Below are positions 54,910 through 64,000 of a DNA stretch of 64,000 nt, one piece after another. Numbering within the stretch: the first letter of the stretch is position 1; the number at the start of each line of letters is the position of its first letter. The notes under the pieces were generated by a model. That model searched no databases, was not told where the DNA came from, and saw only the letters and a program-made list of their open reading frames with translations. The DNA is from Eledone cirrhosa (taxonomy: Eukaryota): NCBI GenBank assembly GCA_964016885.1, contig OZ024759.1:6882001-6946000 (forward strand). The letters are read 5' to 3'. The position numbers and the translations under genes were made by a program.

Positions 54910-55060
54910 GGATTTATGGCTCTTTACGGGCTGAGTTCAACTATCGCCGAGGTTAGTTTTACCTTTCATCTTTACGGGGTCGATAAAATAAAGTACCAGT
55001 AATGCACTGGGGTCAATTTAATCGACTTTCCCCTCCCAAAAAATTGCTGGAAGTAGAATT
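54910..55060 (+). mobile_element. Meta-like SINE fragment
   Basis: gagttcaactatcgccgagg...cctttcatctttacggggtcgataaaataaagtaccag. Confidence 0.7.
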
Positions 55061-55589
55061 CGTTATTATTTTAATTTTTATATTTTTTATTTCATTGTCA
55101 ACATACCGCCCCTCCCTCGTGCCACTCTTCTTTTGTTATGTTGTTTTGCTGTTATCACATCTCCTTCCCGCTCACGTGACTATATAGCGTTGTTTACTGT
55201 TGGTATCCACCCTACCTGCTACATCACCCTGTGTCTCCCGGCGGAGCTGCTGTACTCTCCAGCCATCTCCATAGATGACCATAGCCACATGGCGGAATAG
55301 TCTGGTCTTGCCTTACATCTCCAGACCTAACACAACACTATGATAGGATTATCTGCTGTATATACGTCGTCACCTCTTCTTGTATACACACTCTCCGTAT
55401 ATATTGTATAATTTGTATGTCGTACATCTATTTCTACGTAAGGTAAGTTTTGTTTGTTGTTGTTTTTTGTTGTTTTGTCTTAATACTCCAATGACTGTTT
55501 GACTATATAGTCCGACACTGTGACCCCGGATGAACCAACTGTACCATGGCTACGAAGTTTTTATTTTTCCCTAGCAAATCAACCCGTCG

Positions 55590-56510
55590 TTGCCGAGCAC
55601 ACATTTCGCCACTATCGGCAATCAGCGGAGACTCCACTTCGACATTCTATAGGGGATTAGTGGAGGATAAGTGCCACGACGTTCTCGGGGAAACTCTAGG
55701 CATCGAGGAGGACGAACTGACCAGTCTGTTCGGAAGGACTTTCCGTCCAGCGCCTATGGATAACTTCCAGAGGTCTCTGGCCTGGCAGTGCTACCGAGGA
55801 GCTATACCAGTTCGAGATAAAATCTACAGGCACGGACACCCTGGCAGAGATCCTGCCAAAAGGACCTGTCCAAGATGCGAGCAGGACATCGAAACCGTTC
55901 TGCACGCAACTGTTCAGTGCCCAGGGTGGCCGACCTGTGGAATTATGTCGAACAGCTGCTGTCACGTGTGGGACGCATCCAGTTGTCAGCCGAGTCCATC
56001 GTGAGGCTTACCACGCCGCCTTCATTTAAGAGTGAAGGAGAGGCGGTCTTCCTCTGTCTGGTGGCTATGGCGAAAGGGGTAATATGGTGGACGAGGTTAA
56101 AAGGACTGAGGGCAAGCACCTTTCTCTCCGGACAACTCATCCCCTTCTTTAAGTACCACTTCAGAAGGAAGGTGAGAGTGGAGAGAGAGGTGCTACACCC
56201 CAGTAAATTCGCTGAAAGGTGGGTGAATGGGCCTTCTCTGTATATAAATCTGTAGGTTGAGGAAGATAAACAGAGGGAAGACGGGGACACCTACAAAACG
56301 TGTTCCTGGTGTTGAGGGTTGTTCTATCCACGGGGTGTAAAACAACCCCGCAGTAGCGTTACCCCTATTGGGGATTTCAATTGTTTTATTTTTATATAGT
56401 TTATTGTTATTTATCATTGTTAAACATTATATGTAAAACCGCCGCCGTCACGTCTTGTAATGTCCCATTTGTGTACGCCCCTGTGACAAATAAAGAAAGA
56501 TATAAATAAA
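55590..56510 (+). mobile_element. 3' fragment of an L1/Tx1-like LINE (zf-RVT-type C-terminus)
   Basis: AWQCYRGAIPVR...CPRCEQDIETVLHATVQC continuing as VADLWNYVEQLL after a frameshift; aataaa-rich end. Confidence 0.75.
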
Positions 56511-56707
56511 GACGCCTCTCTCTCCTCAACAGGGCCATCTTTAAATAGCCCCAGAACTCTGCTATTTCCTAAAATAGGAGAGGAAGATTTAAACTATATG
56601 TTGACATGCTGCAGAAGCTAAATAACCTATGTATCAAATTTGAACAAAATCGGATGGAAACTGTGGACATACATCGACTTCATACAGACAGACATTCTCG
56701 TTTATAT

Positions 56708-57377
56708 GATTGGGTTATCATATGGCATAGAAAGGAGCTGGGGTGTTATCAATGACGAGGGTTGCAGTTGTTTATATATAGAGATAGGGTTATCATATGG
56801 CATAGAAAGGAGCTGGGGTGTTATCAATGACGAGGGTTGCAGTTGTTTATATATAGAGATTGGGTTATCATATGGCATAGAAAGGAGCTGGGGTGTTATC
56901 AATGACGAGGGTTGCAGTTGTTTATATATAGAGATAGGGTTATCATATGGCATAGAAAGGAGCTGGGGTGTTATCAATGACGAGGGTTGCAGTTGTTTAT
57001 ATATAGAGATAGGGTTATCATATGGCATAGAAAGGAGCTGGGGTGTTATCAATGACGAGGGTTGCAGTTGTTTATATATAGAGATTGGGTTATCATATGG
57101 CATAGAAAGGAGCTGGGGTGTTATCAATGACGAGGGTTGCAGTTGTTTATATATAGAGATAGGGTTATCATATGGCATAGAAAGGAGCTGGGGTGTTATC
57201 AATGACGAGGGTTGCAGTTGTTTATATATAGAGATAGGGTTATCATATGGCATAGAAAGGAGCTGGGGTGTTATCAATGACGAGGGTTGCAGTTGTTTAT
57301 ATATAGAGATAGGGTTATCATATGGCATAGAAAGGAGCTGGGGTGTTATCAATGACGAGGGTTGCAGTTGTTTATAT
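56708..57377. repeat. 75-bp minisatellite, ~9 copies
   Basis: Unit gatWgggttatcatatggcatagaaaggagctggggtgttatcaatgacgagggttgcagttgtttatatataga. Confidence 0.95.
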
Positions 57378-57589
57378 CAACAGAACGGTCTGCTCGTGTC
57401 TAGATTCCACAACTTTTGGTTATCTTAACCCTTTTTGTTACCATGATTTTAATGAAAGACACTGCCGTTGGTTTTCAAATAATTCCAGGAAAGCTATCGA
57501 GATTTAGGGATATCGCTCGCTCTGATTGATCGACAAGTTCCCAGACCTCATTCACTTGCCGAGTGTGTGTGTGGGGGGGGGGGGTCTCG

Positions 57590-57745
57590 TCAAACTGGAC
57601 CGAGGTAACAATGTTTCCGTTGGTCTTTCCATTGCTGATACTATCTACCGGTCGCAACCCCTGACAGAAGGAGCAACGTGAACTAAAGTGTCTTGCTCAA
57701 GGACATAACGCATCACCTAGTCCGGGAACTGAACTCCCAACCTCA
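57590..57745 (-). mobile_element. Second tRNA-derived SINE family, partial copy
   Basis: Similar to 27320-27480. Confidence 0.7.
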
Positions 57746-57849
57746 TCGATTGCATAAACAAACAGACATTTTCGTTTTTATATATAAATATTATTTTTTT
57801 TTTTTATTTTATTGGCAATATTATATCGTGAGGCCCGCGTTGCCCAATA

Positions 57850-58025
57850 ATGGTTTCTGACTTGGGGAGGGGAAAGTTGATTAGATCTATCCCAGTGCGT
57901 TACTGGTACTTTATTTTATCAACCCCTTAAGGGTGAAAGGCAAAGCTAACCTCAGAGGGACTTGAACTCAGACAGTAAAGGGTCGTAACTCTATGCCACA
58001 AAGCATGTTGTCCGAAGCTACTGAC
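57850..58025 (-). mobile_element. Meta-like SINE, diverged
   Basis: ctggtactttattttatcaacccc...gaaaggcaaag...ttgaactcag. Confidence 0.7.
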
Positions 58026-58467
58026 ATGTATATATGTGCGTGTAAATATATATATATCGGCAGTATTGTGACACAGCAATACACACACACACACACACAC
58101 ATAAGGTAGAGAGAAATAACAACACAATCGGTAGAGTATATGGAAGGAATATATTAGGTTAACGCTTGAAACAGCAGGAAGAGGGTCTTAACATTTTGGA
58201 CACTAGTCTTTAACACACACCACCTTCAGCCCTCCCCGCTCGGACACCCCGTCTCCCTCTCCCCACTCCACCCAACACCACCCCTACACACCCCACACCC
58301 TTCCACCACCTGTTTACCCCCCTTTTAATTTCAGTTTATTTTGATCATGCCTTTATTTTTAAATTTATCTTTATTTTTTATTTTTTCATTCGCACCGTTT
58401 CCTTTCGCTATATGTCTCTCCACCACTCCCCTACACACCCTTTGAACTCTGTTCCCACACACTTCTC

Positions 58468-58499
58468 ACCTGAGGAAGGGCTTATGCCCGAAACGTCGT
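58468..58499 (+). ncRNA. Minimal hammerhead ribozyme candidate
   Basis: ac-CTGAGGA-a-gggc(ttat)gccc-GAAA-cg-TC-gt; stem I only 2 bp; downstream 58500-58590 recurs inverted at 60018-60104. Confidence 0.6.
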
Positions 58500-58959
58500 C
58501 CCCCACCTACACCCCACTCTCCAGAGCGTGAAATTAATAAACATTTGTTGTACTGCCTCTCTGTTTTGTCCCTGTTCAAATTTTTCCATTATATATATAT
58601 ATATATATCATAAATCATGTCTTTAGAATCATCAGATAAAATATATACTATTTCTTCTTCTAATTAGCATAATTAACAATATAAAAAATCAATTAGATCA
58701 AGCTATAAGAAGAAAGGCTCTTATAGAGAAATCTCCGACAAATAACCGAACGTAGCCTCTTCGCGGCGGCCCCAATCGAGTATTTATCCAACATTTCGAC
58801 AGCATGTAGAAACTGACTAAATATATCATCAACCATACACAATTAGGTGTAAAATTAAACTTAGAAGAAATGCGTACATACCGTATATCTATAACTTTAT
58901 GTATATGTTAACCTTTATATATATATAACGGCGATGAATTAGTTTTGCGAGGTTTTTGA

Positions 58960-59501
58960 TATGAAATCGTGTATCGAAACAAATGTTGTTATACTTGGGG
59001 AGGGTCATATTTGTGTAATATTGCCAGAATTAATAACAGAACACACTCACTGTTTGGTTGGTTTTCGCTTCTGTGTCTTTTATATCGGTTAATTTAATTT
59101 ATTCGATCCTCAATGTTACCATTGACTGACCAACGGTCAAAAATACAGATACAATATAGACACAAACACATAGTCTATCAAAGTTCTTTCGTTGCACATC
59201 TGCAATAAACAGACTAAATAAAGATGGCGTAGGCATACAATGCAACGGGAGGAAACATAATAACACCAGTGATGATGTTGCAGATGTGCAACGAAAGAAC
59301 TTTGTTAGACTATATATATGTGTTTGTGTCTATATTGTATCTGTATTATTTTTGACCGTTGGTCAGTCAATGGTAACATTGAGGACCGAATAAATTAAAT
59401 TAACTGATATAAAAGACACAGAAGCGAAAACCAACCAAACAGTGAGTGTGTTCTGTTATTAATTCTGGCAATATTACACAAATATGACCCTCCCCAAGTA
59501 T

Positions 59502-59510
<9 letters not shown>
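58960..59510. repeat. Fold-back of a diverged relative of the 8885/20643 PLE 3' end
   Basis: 58985-59204 mirrors 59278-59507; degenerate HHR GTGATGA-t-gttgca(gatg)tgcaac-GAAA-gaac-TT at 59269-59302. Confidence 0.85.
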
Positions 59511-59576
<66 letters not shown>

Positions 59577-59579
<3 letters not shown>

Positions 59580-59920
59580 ATGCGAGGTAGTTTCAGATTT
59601 ATTGATAGGGCTCTGATACATATTTCAATGGTGACAGAGGCCACGCGGTGCCGCCTAACCATTGCCATGATCTCATCAGATAGCTCTATTACGTTCTCGA
59701 GGCAAGGGAACGGGCGAAGGCTTCAAAAACATCATCTTTGTCAGCTCCCTTGTCGTTATAATTTGGATTACCTTGAGAACGTAAACATGTTATGTAACAG
59801 AGCTGTCTGGTGTCATGGCACTGGTTAGGTGGAATCAAGTGGCCACTGTCATCATTGAAATATGTATCACAGCCCTATCAATAAAGGACTTTAACGTCTG
59901 AAACTACTTCGCATTTTCTT
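59577..59920. repeat. Imperfect fold-back with an HHR in the left arm
   Basis: 59600-59690 mirrors 59800-59885. Confidence 0.78.
59610..59684 (-). ncRNA. Hammerhead ribozyme with long stem II
   Basis: Reverse complement: gctat-CTGATGA-gatcatggca...tgtcaccatt-GAAA-tatgta-TC-agagc; the mirror copy has the better stem I gctgt/acagc but a broken core. Confidence 0.65.
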
Positions 59921-60102
59921 AGTCTAAATATACTCCGTCACTCCTATGTGGAAAAACCCGTAGAGTGCTTGAATTGAATGGCATCAGTATTTACCGTAAG
60001 TATATATAATATATATATAATGAAAAATTGAACAGGGACAGAACAGAGAGGCAGTACGATAAATGTTTATTAAATTCACGCTCAGGAGAGTGGGAGGTAG
60101 GT

Positions 60103-60178
<76 letters not shown>

Positions 60179-60460
60179 AGATTTGAATGGATACAGTTTA
60201 GTTGAAAGGAATTTATTGACACGTGTTTCTATAACAGTTACATAACCTAAAACAGCTATCTACAAACTTTTAGTTATGCAGACATTCAATATTTCAATGT
60301 TATTATTTACTGTCATTTCATCATATAATATTTATATATATATAATAAATTATTTACTGTCATTTCATCATATAATATTTATATATATATAATAAATATA
60401 TATATATGTATATATAATATTTATATATATATATATATTATATATATATATATAAATATT

Positions 60461-60648
60461 AGGGTGGTGAATTGGCAGTATCGGTAGGGGGTCAGACATG
60501 CTTTCCAGCATAGTTACGTCCCTTCACGATCTGAGTTCAAATCCCGCCGAGGTTAACTTTGCCTTTCATCCTTACGAGGTCGATAAAATAAAGTACCAGT
60601 AATGTACTGGGTAATTGCTGGCCTTGTGCCAAAAGTAGAAACAATTAT
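60461..60648 (+). mobile_element. Meta-like tRNA SINE, full copy
   Basis: Same family as 34895. Confidence 0.8.
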
Positions 60649-60769
60649 ATATATATAATATTTATATATATAATATTTATATATATATAAATGTTATATA
60701 TATATTTATATATATGTATATAATATCTACAAATATATATATATAATATTTATATATTTATATATATTT

Positions 60770-61545
60770 AGTGTTCTGAAAGTACAATAACTAGGTTAAG
60801 AACGGGATGGAAGAGTTACACTGCTATTTTCAGAATGAAAGGCAGACTGTATGATGCGTGTATCCGAACAGCAATGGTAGTGAGACCTGGGCGACTTACG
60901 TAGATTAGAGAGAAACGAAGCCTGCATGCTCCGATGGATGTGTAACAGTAATATACGTGAACGGCAAAGTATAAACGAGACTGAGCATCAGAGGAATCAA
61001 ATGCTGTGTGCAGGAGAGGAGGTTACGCTGGTATGGACATGTGATGCCTATGAAGGATGACAGCTGCATAAAAACGTGCAGAGCACTAAAAGTCGATGGA
61101 AGCCGCGGTGATAAAAGACCTGGTGATAAAAGCCGACCTTACCCAATTGCACCTCTCAAGAGCAATGACACACGACCGTGACCTCTGGCGTCACGCAGTA
61201 ATACAGAAGACCCGACCCCCCACAGGAACAAGCCGAAGCTGAAGCATATAGACAATATGCCCCCACACCCTCCCACTGCAAAATAGTCGGGGAGGTGTCA
61301 CGGCAAAAAAGCACCCAGCCCACACTGTAAAGTGGACGTGTAGGCGCCACGGAAGAAAAGCACCCAGCACTCACAGTAAATGAGGTTGGTGTTAGGAAGG
61401 ACATCCAGCTGTAGAAATCAAGCCAAAATCAGTTCCTGTATGAACAAAACAAGATCAGCCGACCGGACACTGCCCACAACAGGACAACCCGTCTAACCCA
61501 TGCTAGCGTGGAAGAACGGACGAAAAACGGTGATGATGATGATAA
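60770..61545 (+). mobile_element. 3' fragment of RTE-type LINE (subfamily of 18715-19998)
   Basis: Collinear with 19241-19998 with small deletions; (GAT)n tail. Confidence 0.85.
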
Positions 61546-61749
61546 TGAATAATATTTATATATATAATATTTATATATATATCAAATAAAAAAATAAATA
61601 AATATATATATTTATATATAGGCCTGCCCGCCCAGCCAGTGGGATGGCGTTATCTTATGGCTAAAACAGCACGACATGCTGTGACCAGCGGCGCCGAGTG
61701 GCGCCCGACAGACTGGTCGGTCAAGGTGATATATATATATATTCTATTC

Positions 61750-62014
61750 TAAGGCGGGTAAAATTCCCGAGATCCATGGACGAGTTCTCTCCAGCGGTCT
61801 CTGTCCCTCATTATCGCTGCCATGTCCTGCGTCTCCAATAGACCAGTGTCTGTCCTTAGGGCATCAACATACGTTAACCTTGATCTTCCTCTTCTAGTGT
61901 GTCCATGTAGGGGCTCCCAAAGGAGCTGTATGGGAGCATCCCAAAAGTCAGCTCAAAAGTGACACAGAGGAGACTGAGGTTAGCTGGACATGCTCACCGA
62001 CATCCAGAGTTGAC
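61750..62014 (-). mobile_element. 5'-inverted short copy of the 1442-4735 RTE
   Basis: 61750-61925 matches 1442-1619; 61922-62014 matches the reverse complement of 1631-1721. Confidence 0.88.
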
Positions 62015-62039
62015 ATATATATATATATATATATATTAT

Positions 62040-62367
62040 ACGACCAACCATAGACGAGTTGAGAAAGAAACTTGGTATAAGAGGGATAAGTTGGGGTATA
62101 CAGGAGAGAAGACTGAGATGGTATGGACATGTGATGTGCATGGAGGATGACCGCTGGGTAAAGAAATGCCAAGAAATCCCAGTAGAAGGAAGACGCAGTA
62201 GAGGTAGACCACGAAAAACATGGGCGGAGGTGGTGAGAGCAGACCTCAGATCGCTGAAACTCACCGAGGAGATGACGAAGGACCGTGACATGTGGAGAGA
62301 TGCTGTGCTGAATAGGACCCGTCCCACCCTTGCAAGCAGGGAAAAGCGGACGTAAAATGATGATGAT
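62040..62367 (+). mobile_element. 3' end of RTE-type LINE (subfamily of 23482)
   Basis: RRLRWYGHV...[16 protein letters not shown]...ASREKRT, then (GAT)n. Confidence 0.88.
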
Positions 62368-62587
62368 ATATATATATATTATGTATATATAATATTATAT
62401 ATTTATAATACATATTTATATATATATATATGTATAAAATAAATATATATATATTATATATATATATTATATATATATATATATATTATATTATTTATCA
62501 TTATTTCGTGTGCCGAGATTCTGATTCTCGATTATTTACTTGTATATATTATATATATATATATATTATATATATATATATTATATA

Positions 62588-62679
<92 letters not shown>

Positions 62680-62699
62680 TTTATCCTTAACATGATAAA

Positions 62700-62990
62700 T
62701 AGAAAATTGCCGGAGATTACCGGAGGTTTATATAGGGACGAGATACTATTTATTGTAGAAAAAAATTAATTAAATAGGGTAAAGAAAGCAATTATAGAAT
62801 TTTTTTTTAATTATGACCTGAAATTGGAAATAGAAAATAATAAGAAAATAGTTAATTTTTTGGATGTGACTCTTAATCTGAACTCAGGCCTTTATTATCC
62901 TTTCCACAAAGTCAATGAGAACTTAAATTATGTTAGTTTTTATTCTAATCATCCTAAAAGTGTTAAGATGCAATAGTCAACAGTGTACAA
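62700..62990 (+). mobile_element. PLE reverse-transcriptase fragment (absent from the ORF track)
   Basis: Manual translation: PEITGGLYRDEILF...KIVNFLDVTLNLNSGLYYPFHKVNENLNYVSFYSNHPKS, homologous to 12610-12870. Confidence 0.8.
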
Positions 62991-64000
62991 CAACGAATAA
63001 CCAGGCTAATAGAAATTACGGAATGCTACATTCTACCGGAACTCAACAATCTCAGAGCTTTGCCGTCTTTGCTATGAAGAGATTCTTCAGATAATTATCT
63101 GAAGAATTGTCATAGTTTGTGATTTTAATCACAAACTATGACAATTTAATCAACAACAAAAAAATGAATTATTTAGTAGTTGTCATCATAAAATTGGTAA
63201 AACTTTCCAGGCAATGTACCAGTTTCCCAAAAATAAGGACAAATAATAATTTAAATATATGTAAATTTTGCCTAATTGAAGTAATAGTTTGTATATGTAA
63301 TGGAATAACCTCATTGAGAGTTTTTTTTTTTATCCTATGCTTTGATTAGGATAGTTTAATATTTAATTAGGATATATACAATAGATAATTTAAGGTTCTT
63401 AAAATATCGCTGGACCTGAGAGAGGAAATTCCCTATAAGTTAAAATTGCTTGTACATTGTGAATGAGTTATCTTCCTTTTGTTTACATTGTCCGTAAATG
63501 TTTTTGATTAGCTTGAAGTTTTTGATTAGCTTGTAGTATAGTGTTAATAGAATATCATACCTTATAATAAAAAAAATTATAATAATCTAGAATGAGCTAA
63601 ATTAAATTAAATTAATTTAAGCATATAAATTTGTAATTAACTTAAATATTTGATTGCTATAGAAAGTAATCTATACCTAATAATCTGGTTTCAATATATA
63701 CTTATAATTAACTAAAGCGTAATCCAATACAAGCGATATTCATTGATATATAATTTTGTCTAGCATTTGAATACAACGTTTTTTTTTATTCTCCCCTTTA
63801 TTTCATCCTTTCCTTTTCCTCTTCTTCGTTTTTCTTTATTCCCCTTCGTTTTTTCTTTTTTCTCCCCACATCTTCCCTTTCCTTTGTTTTTATTCCCCCT
63901 TTTTTTCTCTTACATCTTTTTTTCTCCTTTTATTCATTTATTATATTTTTTTCTTCTTTCATTCATTTATTTATTTATTTATTTATTTATTCATTGGTTT

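Noticed and set aside
49126-55002. Repetitive ORFs of up to 421 aa, or a CRISPR-like array
   Set aside because: Tandem minisatellites without unique spacers, no cas genes, eukaryotic context
56640-57428. 262-aa repeat protein ORF
   Set aside because: A 75-bp tandem repeat open on both strands; no domain or splice evidence

Overview
Eukaryotic, very AT-rich, gene-poor window. The (TA)n/(CA)n microsatellite load and the SINE/LINE repertoire suggest an octopus-like cephalopod (inference). I found no supportable host protein-coding gene; most ORF-track entries are microsatellite or minisatellite translations. The window is a mosaic of transposable elements set in (TA)n tracts: one near-full-length RTE LINE, seven fragments of a second RTE-type LINE, an L1/Tx1-like 3' fragment, at least six Penelope-like (PLE; RT plus C-terminal GIY-YIG) copies including one full-length, a Tc1 DD34E element with IR/DR ends, a DD37D (maT) element, tRNA-derived SINEs and three minisatellites (57, 32 and 75 bp). 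The signal the ORF track misses is a dense set of type-I hammerhead ribozyme (HHR) motifs: 24 with canonical CUGANGA...GAAA..UH cores read by eye, plus variant cores, from more than 10 sequence families. They sit in PLE 3' ends, in a dozen or more fold-back cassettes whose 3' ends nearly always point outward into (TA)n, and in non-coding monomers resembling retrozymes (a 432-bp tandem array and a ~530-bp terminally redundant unit). All structures were inferred manually and none has been computed or tested.
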